Assembly: GCA_048213135.1 (NCBI GenBank) | Contig: PS015009.1 | Span: forward strand, 1,116,001-1,180,000 | Length of the DNA: 64,000 nucleotides | Direction of reading: 5' to 3' | DNA from: Reclinomonas americana ATCC 50394 | Taxonomy: Eukaryota | Shown: positions 29,017-38,323 of the stretch, in pieces | Layout of the letters: each line of letters opens with the position of its first letter | Position numbering within the stretch: the first letter of the stretch is position 1 | Program-made: the position numbers and the translations under genes | The notes under the pieces: generated by a model | Told to the model about the DNA's origin: nothing | Database searches by the model: none | Seen by the model: the letters and a program-made list of their open reading frames with translations, nothing else

Positions 29017-29785
29017 AAGGCTGCAAATGTAGCATTTTATCGAGCCTTGTTATGGAATAGCCCTGATTTTTAACTTCTTTTAAGAAATCGGGAAGTATGT
29101 TCAGCGTGGTTGTACTGGTGTCGTGGAAAAGAATGATGCCTCCCGGGCGGATGCCCTTTTTTACTTTCTCCAGCAACTGCTGCTCATCTTTGATAACGGT
29201 ATCCATTGAGCGGAGGTTCCAGCCAACAGGTGTATATCCTCCGCGGATAATCGCTTTTTTCAGGTTGGGGTTCATCACACCGTAAGGTGGGCGGAACAGT
29301 TTGGTTTTTTTACCGGTAACGGCTTGCATCGCATTGTCCATCATCGCTATGTCGGCCGACATTTTCGCGCTGGAGTACATATCAAACCAGAAATGATGAG
29401 AGTAACTGTGGTTGCCGATCACGTGCCCTTCGTCATATACCTGTTTCAGCAATGATTCATTTCCGGGGATGCGGTTGCCGATACAGAAAAACGCGGCCTC
29501 CGCATTATGCGCTTTCAGGATCGCCAGCAGTTCGGGTGTATACTGTTTAGCCGGGCCATCATCGAAAGTAATGGCGATCTCCTTTTTTGCTGTTTGTGCG
29601 GAGCAGATGATGGGCATAAAAAAACCGGACCCGATATTATAGCAACCATAAAATACGATCAGCGAATACACGAATGCGATCAGCACATACCACCAGGGCG
29701 AAACGCCGCCATACATGATATGCCACACCGCAAGAGCAGTAATGCCCAGGCCAAAGACAATATTCGTATTTCGGAAGGTTAACAT
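29009..29785 (-). CDS. Polysaccharide deacetylase (NodB/CE4), membrane anchored
   Basis: TFDDGP, HSYSH, FRPPYG, ILFHD. Confidence 0.92.
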   Translation of the reverse strand: MLTFRNTNIVFGLGITALAVWHIMYGGVSPWWYVLIAFVYSLIVFYGCYNIGSGFFMPIICSAQTAKKEIAITFDDGPAKQYTPELLAILKAHNAEAAFFCIGNRIPGNESLLKQVYDEGHVIGNHSYSHHFWFDMYSSAKMSADIAMMDNAMQAVTGKKTKLFRPPYGVMNPNLKKAIIRGGYTPVGWNLRSMDTVIKDEQQLLEKVKKGIRPGGIILFHDTSTTTLNILPDFLKEVKNQGYSITRLDKMLHLQPYA

Positions 29786-30831
29786 GCCGATACGAGGAAC
29801 AGGCTGTAATGCAGGTTTTGATAATTATTACAGATCAGGATGCGGCGAACCGGCTGTTCAACAGTCGCCAACACGATCGGTATATGCCGCTGTTTGATGA
29901 TATTCGCGGCCAGCCACAAAGCAAATGCTGATGCTGTAGGATACTCGCCGCAAAGTTGTTTGAACCCGGCCGTTGCCTTACCGGTGAAGATCGTTTGCCC
30001 AAACTGGTCAAACCACTGGTCGTGCTGTGCATCGCCATTACGCCCGGTAAGCACGAGGTCCACATCATTAATGGTAAGCCCGTGCCCGGCCAGGAATGCC
30101 ATGATCTTTTCTTCCACTACCTCCTGGCTGTGGGGTTTATAAAAAGTGGTCAGCCCTTCTATCCTGGCATAATCGTTCTCCCCTGCTTCGGCTGATAATA
30201 AAAAGAAAGCGGCGCCCTCCCCATTAACGGTGCCCTTTGCCGCGGGAGATAAAAGGTTGAGACTGGATGCGTTTTCTTTCCTGTACAAGCCCAATCTCGA
30301 CAGTAATATATGACTGGCGCTGGTGATTTCGTCGATGGCGCCTACCAACACATTGGAGGCTTCTCCTTCTTTCAACAGCATCATGCCGTCGAGCAATGCG
30401 CTTTCAAAAGAAAACCCGCGGTGTACAAATGCATTGTTGTAATTGTTGCAATGCAGCTGCAGGGCTATCTGTGCGCCGATGGTATTGTGCGTGGATTGTA
30501 TAAAAGCTGTAGGTGTAAGCAATTCTTCGTGTTGCTCTACCAGTTTAGTGAGGAACACACCTGTATCTTCCAGGCAGCCGTAAGCTGTACCTGTGGTGAT
30601 GGCGTCGGGTGATGTAACACCGCCCTCTTGCAGGCAAGACATGCCTGCGGCCACTCCCATTTTAATGATACGGCTCATACGGCGTATCAGTTTGGGGTCG
30701 ATGAACTCTTTATAGTCGGGTTCAATGCAATTGAGGCGATTGCCGCTATGATCAACGGGTTCGTTCAGCAGCCCCGGGCTGTTGAATGTTTTTTGCGGTG
30801 ATATGCAGGCGGTGGAACGGATGTACATCAT
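29779..30831 (-). CDS. Ketosynthase chain-length-factor-like protein
   Basis: RRMSR, FIQSTHN, GEGAAFF; no catalytic Cys motif. Confidence 0.85.
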   Translation of the reverse strand: MMYIRSTACISPQKTFNSPGLLNEPVDHSGNRLNCIEPDYKEFIDPKLIRRMSRIIKMGVAAGMSCLQEGGVTSPDAITTGTAYGCLEDTGVFLTKLVEQHEELLTPTAFIQSTHNTIGAQIALQLHCNNYNNAFVHRGFSFESALLDGMMLLKEGEASNVLVGAIDEITSASHILLSRLGLYRKENASSLNLLSPAAKGTVNGEGAAFFLLSAEAGENDYARIEGLTTFYKPHSQEVVEEKIMAFLAGHGLTINDVDLVLTGRNGDAQHDQWFDQFGQTIFTGKATAGFKQLCGEYPTASAFALWLAANIIKQRHIPIVLATVEQPVRRILICNNYQNLHYSLFLVSAC

Positions 30832-32031
30832 TTACAATTTTGAAAAGATTAATGATGAACAATTACCGCCAAAGCCGAAAGAGTTAGACAGCACATGTTT
30901 GATATCAGCCCCGGTTACCAACTCCCGTTCAGGAACAAATGGAAGGTCTGTCATTGGCGTTTGTAACCGCAGGTTGGGATATACGATGCCGTGCTGTATG
31001 GCCAGGATAGAGAACACGGCTTCTATACCACCGCAAGCACCCAGTGTATGACCTGTAAAGGTTTTGGTAGAACTCATGCGGGGATAGTGTGGTTCAAACA
31101 GGCGTTTTATAGCTGTGCCTTCCGCGATATCATTGTTCTGCGTGCCGGTGCCGTGCAGGTTGATGTAATCAATATCAGATGGTTGTAATCCCGCTTTTTT
31201 CAAAGCGCCGCTCATGGCCATAAACGATCCCGTGCCGTCGGGTGACGATGCGGTTTGATGATAAGCATCATTGGCATTGCAATACCCGCTGAGTTTACAC
31301 AGTGGTTGTTGTGTAAGCGTGGCTGCCACTTTTTCTGAAACCAGTACTACATAACCAGCGCCTTCGCCCAGGTTCAGGCCCCGCCTGTTCTCATCAAAAG
31401 GACGGCAGAACTCCTGGTCGAGGATCATCAGTGTATTAAAACCGTTAAGTGTAAATTTGGTGAGTGCGTCGGTGCCGCCGGCAATAGCGATGTCGAGTAC
31501 GTTATTCCGGATCAGCCTCGCTGCATAAAATATGGAATTGGCGGAAGAGGAACAGGCGGTGCTGATGGTGGTGATGTGATCTGTAAAACCCAGTGCTTCA
31601 GCGGCCAGTTCTGTGATACTGCCGCATTCATGGTTGACCACATTCCGCATTCTTCCTTTGGACGGATCAGCAGCAAATTCAGCGAAAAAATTCTCTGTTT
31701 TGTCCATTCCGCCCACGCTGTTGGCAGATATAAACCCTTTGCGCAGGTTCGCTATACCGGGAATGGCGGCATGCTGCAAGGCTTCCCTGGCAGCGATCAC
31801 ACTAAGCAGTGCTGTCCGGCTTTTTACCGCAGACAGGCCTGCCATAGCAGCCAATTCCCCGTTGCTGTGTTTTACTTCGGCAACGGGCAGGGTGTTTTTG
31901 TGAAGCGAGTTGAGGAATTGCATGGACCCCATTCCTGCCGCATTGTGCTGTAACGCATCAAGGCAACCGGAGGTATTGTCACCGATCGCCGAAATAACGC
32001 CAGTTCCCGCGACAAAAACAGGTTCACTCAT
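30832..32031 (-). CDS. Beta-ketoacyl-ACP synthase (FabF-like)
   Basis: TACSSS, HGTGT, GHTLGA, SNSFGFGG. Confidence 0.92.
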   Translation of the reverse strand: MSEPVFVAGTGVISAIGDNTSGCLDALQHNAAGMGSMQFLNSLHKNTLPVAEVKHSNGELAAMAGLSAVKSRTALLSVIAAREALQHAAIPGIANLRKGFISANSVGGMDKTENFFAEFAADPSKGRMRNVVNHECGSITELAAEALGFTDHITTISTACSSSANSIFYAARLIRNNVLDIAIAGGTDALTKFTLNGFNTLMILDQEFCRPFDENRRGLNLGEGAGYVVLVSEKVAATLTQQPLCKLSGYCNANDAYHQTASSPDGTGSFMAMSGALKKAGLQPSDIDYINLHGTGTQNNDIAEGTAIKRLFEPHYPRMSSTKTFTGHTLGACGGIEAVFSILAIQHGIVYPNLRLQTPMTDLPFVPERELVTGADIKHVLSNSFGFGGNCSSLIFSKL

Positions 32032-32036
32032 CTTGG

Positions 32037-32300
32037 TTATGCATTCTGTGCCTGGTGAGCAGTAATGTATTCGGCCATGGTTCTTACAGAGCGGAACACT
32101 TTAGGGCCTTCGTCGGCATTCGACAGTTTGATCTTGTAATGTTGCTGCATGAGCACGATCAGTTCAAGGGCGTCGATAGAGTCGAGACCCAGGCCTTCCA
32201 CGAAAAGCGGCTGATCATCGCCGATATCTTCAGGTTTAACGTCCTGCAGGTTCAATTGCTCAATGATCTGTACTTTCAGATCAGCCATTAATTTATCCAT
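32037..32300 (-). CDS. Acyl carrier protein
   Basis: GLGLDSIDA. Confidence 0.92.
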   Translation of the reverse strand: MDKLMADLKVQIIEQLNLQDVKPEDIGDDQPLFVEGLGLDSIDALELIVLMQQHYKIKLSNADEGPKVFRSVRTMAEYITAHQAQNA

Positions 32301-32925
32301 TTGCTAACTGGTATGTTTTATTGATATGTTCAGCGGTGAATGCCGTATCGGGCGCTCCTTTGCCGGTTTTCTCCACCAAAAATAGCACAGTTTTATATTC
32401 TGTCGCCAGGATTTCCACCCAGCCGCAGATACAGCACTGCAAGATATTATTATTCATCAGGTTGGCAACATATTGTTCAAGGAAAGACGGGTCAAATTCC
32501 GGTTCCACGAAAAAAGCGTTCTCTCCCTTGAAGCCGTGCCGGATACATATTTCGCCCATCACAATATTGGGCAGCGTATATACGAAAAGGGCGGGGCTGG
32601 CAATGGTGTGCGTGGTCTCAAAATACCGGATGTCCGTATCCAGGCTGGAACTTGCATTGGCCAGTACGATCCCCACTTCCCCGGGAGCATAACGGCCGGG
32701 AACATTCCGCCCCTCCAGCAGGAACTCGGCGGCAAGCCAGCCCAGTTTGCTCAGGTTATCCATTTTGTGATACTTGGGATAGTTCACCTGCAGGTGGCGG
32801 TATGCGCCCGTGAGGAAAGCGGCGAGGTCATCTCCCGCTTCCGCATGGAACAATACATTTCCGTTCCCGGAAACCTTTCCCTGGCTGATCACACAATCAG
32901 CGGTAATATGTAGTGCTGTTGACAA
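32293..32925 (-). CDS. Short ketosynthase N-terminal-like (CLF-like) protein
   Basis: YPKYHKMDNLSKL, SPALFVYTLPNI..GEICIRH. Confidence 0.78.
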   Translation of the reverse strand: MSTALHITADCVISQGKVSGNGNVLFHAEAGDDLAAFLTGAYRHLQVNYPKYHKMDNLSKLGWLAAEFLLEGRNVPGRYAPGEVGIVLANASSSLDTDIRYFETTHTIASPALFVYTLPNIVMGEICIRHGFKGENAFFVEPEFDPSFLEQYVANLMNNNILQCCICGWVEILATEYKTVLFLVEKTGKGAPDTAFTAEHINKTYQLANG

Positions 32926-32957
32926 TAAGAAAATTCAAAAAAAGGTAAAATTCAAAA

Positions 32958-34220
32958 CTACTGACCCCTCGCGATCTTGTCTTCACTCAGTCTTTTTTCC
33001 AGCTGAATGAGCCGGGCGAGTTTTTTCAGCGCCGTATCGTGGTCCTTCACATAAGGATTGCTGGTATCCCATACATAGCCGGCCAGTACCGAGCAGATCA
33101 TATTCTTGATCTCCAGGTTGGGATTATCGGCAAAGAAAATGGTATCGAGCGTTCCTTCGTACCAGGCCATCACATAAGAGCGGAAGGTGTTCACGCCCTG
33201 CATAACGGGCTCCATATACTCTTTTTCCCAGTCCACGTCTTCTCCTTTCAGTTTTTTGATCACCAGGTGTGCCGCGTTCTGGCTGGACACCGTGGCCAGT
33301 GTTACACCGGAAGAGAATATAGGATCGAGGAATTCAGTTACGTTGCCGGTAAGTACAAAGCCTTCGCCATAAAATTTGTCGGTCGTGCTGGACCATGATT
33401 CCAGTACCCTGGGTTCAAAAACAAATTCCACATCCGCGAAACGTTCTTTCAGGTAGGGTTCATCGGCGATAAGCGCACGCAATTGCTCTTCGTCGTTCCC
33501 CGGGTATTGTTTGAAGAATTCGGGATTACCAACAAAACCCAGCGACGTAATGCCACTGGAGAAGGGGATCACCCAAACCCATATGCCCGGTTTGTGTACT
33601 ACGATGGTGATGCGGTTGGGTTCGTCGGCCATAGAGCGCTTGGTGTCTACAGTATGTACGAACAGGGCTTTACGCGGATCGAGGTTAGACGGTTTGTCGA
33701 GGTTGAACAGGCGGGGGATCACCCTGCCGTAACCGCTGCCATCTACAATGAACCTGGCTTCGATGTTGCTTTCATTACCGTCTTTGTCCACCACGGTGGT
33801 AACGGAATCGGAGCCAGTAAAAACGATATTGGTAACGGTGGTCTCGTAATGAACGGGTACGCCCATTTTTTCAACCGTATCGGCCAGTGTTTTATCAAAT
33901 TCGCCGCGGGGTACCTGCCAGGTCCAGTTCCAGCCGGGTGTAAACTGGTCGGCAAAGAAGTAATCACATATCCTGCCATCCTTTACAAACTTGGCCCCGA
34001 ATTTTTCCTGGAAACCTTTTTCTTTTACGGCTTCTACAAAACCCGCCTCTTCCAGCGCTTCCATGCACCGGGGCAGCAGGCTTTCGCCAATGACAAAGCG
34101 GGGGAACTTCATTTTCTCCACGATCTTTACATCATAGCCCGCCTTTTTGATAATAGAGGCCGCTACAGTTCCTGACGGGCCTGCCCCTATGACAAGCACG
34201 TCAACTTTTTCTGTTTTCAT
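32958..34220 (-). CDS. Flavin-dependent halogenase-like oxidoreductase
   Basis: GAGPSG, FPRFVIGESL, WVWVIP (WxWxIP), FLDPIFSSG. Confidence 0.82.
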   Translation of the reverse strand: MKTEKVDVLVIGAGPSGTVAASIIKKAGYDVKIVEKMKFPRFVIGESLLPRCMEALEEAGFVEAVKEKGFQEKFGAKFVKDGRICDYFFADQFTPGWNWTWQVPRGEFDKTLADTVEKMGVPVHYETTVTNIVFTGSDSVTTVVDKDGNESNIEARFIVDGSGYGRVIPRLFNLDKPSNLDPRKALFVHTVDTKRSMADEPNRITIVVHKPGIWVWVIPFSSGITSLGFVGNPEFFKQYPGNDEEQLRALIADEPYLKERFADVEFVFEPRVLESWSSTTDKFYGEGFVLTGNVTEFLDPIFSSGVTLATVSSQNAAHLVIKKLKGEDVDWEKEYMEPVMQGVNTFRSYVMAWYEGTLDTIFFADNPNLEIKNMICSVLAGYVWDTSNPYVKDHDTALKKLARLIQLEKRLSEDKIARGQ

Positions 34221-34224
34221 CTTA

Positions 34225-34242
34225 AGTAGTAGTAGTAGTAGT
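34225..34242. repeat. (AGT)6 simple sequence repeat
   Basis: Six perfect AGT units lying 4 nt upstream of the halogenase-like ATG on the minus strand. Confidence 0.8.
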
Positions 34243-34270
34243 TATTAGTGGTTTGGTTATCTCGTCTTTA

Positions 34271-35341
34271 TCAACGCTTCTTCCTGCATTTGAGCAGCGT
34301 TTGGCTCAACCCGATGTGATCGGTCTCTTCCACAATATCAAACCCGGCTTTATCAATGCAGGCCAGGAAGGTTTCGGCGCTGTACATCTGGCTGTTGCCA
34401 TTGGCCAGGGCGGTAAAGTACAGTGAGGTTTGCTGCAAACAGAAAGCAGCCACCTCAAATTTCTGCCTGTCCCAGAACGGCTCCATGATCAGCACACAAC
34501 CATTCTCATCCAGCGCATCATAACATCTTTTCAATATCGATACAATCTCATCTTCAGAAAAACAATCCAGGAACTGGCTCATCCATATCGCGTCGTATCC
34601 TTTCGGGAACTGAACCGATTCATCCAGTATGTTCACCGCTTTGAATGTTATCCTATCGGCAAGGCCTAAACGCTCTACGGTGGCCTGGGCTACATTCAGC
34701 TGACCGGGCAGGTCCATGATGGTCACGGATACCTCATCACTGTATTTCACACTGGCCATGGCCCATTTGCCGGTATTGCCGCCCACATCAAGCAGTTTTT
34801 TTATCTGCCCGTCGTATACTTTCGGTAAAACCTTTGGGAACGCGTCATCTGAAAAATAATGATCAAAGCTAAACCAACTTTTTTGTACATGAGCAGGCAG
34901 CTGCGATAATCCTTCATAGATGGTGGACCATCCGCCAAACTCTTTTAATCCAACGGGCTGACCGGTTTCAATACTCTTGTCTAATGCAAACAGGCCTTTG
35001 TAATTCACATCATGAACAAAGTCCATGTTTACTTTGGTGAGCGCATCATGCAGCAGGAAATAACCGGTTTTACCCAGTGTATATTTTCCGTCGTTTACGA
35101 GTACCAGGCCCAGGCTGAGGCCTGATTCCAGGAGTACACGTACGCCATAATGCGACAGTTTCACTTTTTCAGCTATAGCTTCCAGGGTAATGCCCTCTGA
35201 TCCGCTTTGTTCTACCTCGGTTAAAATACCAGAATCACGAAGCACTCTTGCCGACTGGAAAATAACAGGTCCGAAAGCGATCCATTGCGCATCGGTCTGT
35301 GCTTCCAGGGCAGACTTCTTCTCCTTCGAAAAAAAATTCAT
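34271..35341 (-). CDS. SAM-dependent methyltransferase (Methyltransf_2-like)
   Basis: Start MNFFSKEKK; LLDVGGNTG, MDLPGQ, WMSQFLDCF. Confidence 0.9.
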   Translation of the reverse strand: MNFFSKEKKSALEAQTDAQWIAFGPVIFQSARVLRDSGILTEVEQSGSEGITLEAIAEKVKLSHYGVRVLLESGLSLGLVLVNDGKYTLGKTGYFLLHDALTKVNMDFVHDVNYKGLFALDKSIETGQPVGLKEFGGWSTIYEGLSQLPAHVQKSWFSFDHYFSDDAFPKVLPKVYDGQIKKLLDVGGNTGKWAMASVKYSDEVSVTIMDLPGQLNVAQATVERLGLADRITFKAVNILDESVQFPKGYDAIWMSQFLDCFSEDEIVSILKRCYDALDENGCVLIMEPFWDRQKFEVAAFCLQQTSLYFTALANGNSQMYSAETFLACIDKAGFDIVEETDHIGLSQTLLKCRKKR

Positions 35342-35363
35342 GAAAATCGGGGGTTTAATGTCG

Positions 35364-36497
35364 TTATTGTTTACTGAACACAAGCGCCGCATTGCATCCA
35401 CCAAAACCTGACGCAGTCTTGAGACAATTGTTCAATACGGCCGGCTGTAATTTAGTACAAATATTCAAGGGTTGGGTCACTCCGGATTCATTATAACCCA
35501 GGCTGGACAAAATAATCCCCTTTTGCAGCGAATGTGCTGCTATAACGGATTCTACCAGGCCCGCAGCGCCGAGCGTGTGGCCATAGTAGGCTTTTAAACT
35601 GTTTACGGGTACCTGCTGCAAGCCGGCCAGGTTGATGGCTTTCGCTTCCATTTCATCGTTATAGATGGTAGCAGTTCCATGAGCGGAAATAAAGTCAATG
35701 TCCGTTGCCGGAATACCTGCATCCTGTAAGGCATGACCGATTGCCTGGAACAGTTCTTCGCCTGTGCGTGAAGGACCTGATATGTGGTTGGCATCATTGC
35801 TCACCGACCCGCCCATGAGCCGGATATCCTCACCACTTTTTGACCGCGATGAAAGGATGACCGTAGCGGCAGCTTCGCCCAGGTTGATGCCATTGCGTGC
35901 CGCATCGAATGGTTTGCACACGGAATCGCTTACGGCCTGGAAAGACTGGAAGCCCGACAGGATGAAACGGCTGATTACATCCCCGCCGGTAACCACCACA
36001 TCATCATACTGGCCCGACCTGATCATACGCATACCGGTAAGCATAGCCAGCAAACCCGAGATACAGGCATTGGAGACCACAACCGGTTTGGTTCTAAATC
36101 CAAAATGACCGGCCAGCAGTTTCGCGGAATGGTGCAGCGCTACGCGGCTGGCAAGATCCGCATTGCCCGGGTCTGTTTCCAGCAGGCTGATGTTACCCTT
36201 GGTGGTGGAAATGATCAGCCCGGTACGCGGATTGCTTACATCCACAGGATTATCTTTAAGCACTTGTGCTACCGAAGCAATCAGTAACTGCTCAAATTTT
36301 GTATAGTCTCCGGACTTGCCGGCAGGCAGTATCTCCGCATGCTCTTCAAAAAGCCCGGCATAAAAAGGTACAGGCGAAAACGCAGGCAGGTGATGTTCCC
36401 GTATACCGGACACTTCATTACGCAGTTGCTCAAAATTGGCTGCCGATGTATTTCCCAGCGGGGAGATGATGTTGTCTGCTGTGATGAAAACGTTCAT
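35364..36497 (-). CDS. Beta-ketoacyl-ACP synthase
   Basis: NACISG, HGTAT, GHTLGA, SGFGG. Confidence 0.9.
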   Translation of the reverse strand: MNVFITADNIISPLGNTSAANFEQLRNEVSGIREHHLPAFSPVPFYAGLFEEHAEILPAGKSGDYTKFEQLLIASVAQVLKDNPVDVSNPRTGLIISTTKGNISLLETDPGNADLASRVALHHSAKLLAGHFGFRTKPVVVSNACISGLLAMLTGMRMIRSGQYDDVVVTGGDVISRFILSGFQSFQAVSDSVCKPFDAARNGINLGEAAATVILSSRSKSGEDIRLMGGSVSNDANHISGPSRTGEELFQAIGHALQDAGIPATDIDFISAHGTATIYNDEMEAKAINLAGLQQVPVNSLKAYYGHTLGAAGLVESVIAAHSLQKGIILSSLGYNESGVTQPLNICTKLQPAVLNNCLKTASGFGGCNAALVFSKQ

Positions 36498-36498
36498 T

Positions 36499-36581
36499 AA
36501 AGTAAAAAGTAAAAAGTAAAAAGTAAAAAAGCAGCTCCCGGAAAGGCCCCCTTTTGATTTTTGACTTTTTAATTTTGAATT
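36499..36581. repeat. Inverted heptamer-repeat element
   Basis: (AAAAAGT)n arm, short GC-rich spacer, then TTTTGAT/TTTTGAC/TTTTTAA/TTTTGAA arm. Confidence 0.75.
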
Positions 36582-36590
36582 GTTAAGTAT

Positions 36591-37007
36591 TTATACCCCA
36601 CACTTCTTCTTCCACTCCTCAAAAAAAGGCGGGTTGGCGAGTTGAAGGATGGAACTTTCCTTTTCAAGAAAAACCTGTACTGATGAGCCGGTAGCCACCA
36701 GTTCTCCGGTAGCCACATTGAACAGGCGGTACTGGAACTTCATTTTAGCGGCTTCGGTAGGCAGGTACTTCGTTTCGATGCGTACCATATCGCCATAGCG
36801 CAGCGAACGTTTGTAATCGCACTCCACGCTTACCACGGGTATTACGAAACCGTGGTTATATACATGCAGGTAGCTGAGCCCGTGCTTGTGACCAAAAGCC
36901 TCGCGGCCATCCTCGAAATAGCGGATATAGTGGCCATGCCATACAATACCCAGCGGATCGGCCTCATTGAAGCGCACCATGAGCTCTGTTATACAGGTTA
37001 GTTCCAT
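36591..37007 (-). CDS. Acyl-CoA/ACP thioesterase (4HBT/YbgC-like)
   Basis: VRFNEADPLGIVWHGHYIRYFEDGRE. Confidence 0.92.
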   Translation of the reverse strand: MELTCITELMVRFNEADPLGIVWHGHYIRYFEDGREAFGHKHGLSYLHVYNHGFVIPVVSVECDYKRSLRYGDMVRIETKYLPTEAAKMKFQYRLFNVATGELVATGSSVQVFLEKESSILQLANPPFFEEWKKKCGV

Positions 37008-37141
37008 TAAGTCAAAAGTAAAAATAAAAAAGTCAAATTCAGAAAGTCATGCTGAGGAACGAAGCATCTGCATTAAAAAGCAAATCCCTCCTTCGTCGGG
37101 ATGACCCCCGGTTTTGACTTTTAACTTATAAATTTTTAATT
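37008..37141. repeat. Heptamer-armed element with a nested REP-like palindrome (37046-37105)
   Basis: AAAAGTA/AAAAGTC arm; GTCATGCTGAGGAACGAAGCATCT...ATCCCTCCTTCGTCGGGATGAC; TTTTGAC/TTTTAAC arm. Confidence 0.75.
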
Positions 37142-37146
37142 ACTCC

Positions 37147-37800
37147 TTATGCGCCATACTTATTCTTCCACTCTTTGTACTTTTTCTTATCGATGGCCAC
37201 AATTGTTTTTTTGATGATGGAAGCCCAGAAGTTGCGGAACCCGAAACCGGCGGCCTCAGCCTCCATTCTTTCAGTCATCAGTACTTTCTTCGATTTAACA
37301 TCGATAAGCGTAACCCAAACGGAGCCGTAGCTTTTCTTTTCTTCCTTTTTCATGCCTTCCATTACGAATACCAGGCCAATACCGGATTTGCCGCTGATGC
37401 TGATGCCTTTTACCACAGAGGCAATGTCGTTCTCTGTAAGCCGGCTGTAGTCGGCCATGTTGGAGGATTTGATGTCGTCCGCATTGATCTTGCCGTTGCG
37501 TGCTGTAACGCCGCTGATGTCGGTGCTTACATTGCTTTTCTGGAAAGCTCCGGCAATATCGTAGTTCTTGGACATTTCATCCACAACCACATTATTGATA
37601 CTGTTGTAGAGCCTTTCTTTTATGTCCAGGCTGTTGGCGCCGGGATCATTGATGAGCCTGGCCTTGGTATAATCAACACCCAGGTAGAGCAGGGGTGTTT
37701 CGCTGCTGTTGAAAAAATCTTTCAGCGTTTGTGCCGATGCCTGGCTGCTGATACCGCAGAACAACAGCAGGGGCAATAACCATTTGAATGTGCTTTTCAT
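37147..37800 (-). CDS. Exported hypothetical protein
   Basis: Signal peptide ending ASA-Q; LGVDYTKA, GFGFRNFW. Confidence 0.8.
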   Translation of the reverse strand: MKSTFKWLLPLLLFCGISSQASAQTLKDFFNSSETPLLYLGVDYTKARLINDPGANSLDIKERLYNSINNVVVDEMSKNYDIAGAFQKSNVSTDISGVTARNGKINADDIKSSNMADYSRLTENDIASVVKGISISGKSGIGLVFVMEGMKKEEKKSYGSVWVTLIDVKSKKVLMTERMEAEAAGFGFRNFWASIIKKTIVAIDKKKYKEWKNKYGA

Positions 37801-37802
37801 GA

Positions 37803-38234
37803 TCAGTTGTTTTTAAGTTTATTGATAAATATTTTCATTTCGCATTCTGCTGCCAGTTCATCCTGGCAGTACACTTTACCGGATATGAGGGTAACATTGA
37901 ATACCTGGTTCATCACGCTGATCTCTGTCTTCAGTTCTTCCCCTGTCAGCGGCAGCCTGTATACCTGCAGGCTTTTAATGGCGCCGATATAGCCCACCAG
38001 CACCGGGCCCTGCTCCTGCTGTGCCGCGTAACCACAACGTGCGGCTGCAGTTTGGGCGATGTGTTCCACGATGCCGGGCTCCAGGAACTGTCCGCCGGAA
38101 ACAAAGATATTGTCTTCCCTTATCGTCAGCGACGACCAGGAAGTAGTTTCATCGGAACATAACAATGCGTCGATCATTACAAAGGGCGGGCCCTGCGGAA
38201 TGAGGGACTGAATATGATTTATATCTGCAAGCAT
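37803..38234 (-). CDS. Hot-dog dehydratase (ApeP-like)
   Basis: Start MLADINH; LIPQGPPFVMID, EHIAQTAAA, GYIGAIK. Confidence 0.85.
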   Translation of the reverse strand: MLADINHIQSLIPQGPPFVMIDALLCSDETTSWSSLTIREDNIFVSGGQFLEPGIVEHIAQTAAARCGYAAQQEQGPVLVGYIGAIKSLQVYRLPLTGEELKTEISVMNQVFNVTLISGKVYCQDELAAECEMKIFINKLKNN

Positions 38235-38323
38235 CGTTTTTGGCTGGCCGGTAAGACGGCCTGGTCTTTTATACTGTTTAAACAGTCTGCGCAAATTACA
38301 TTAAACAATCGCAGCACACTATA

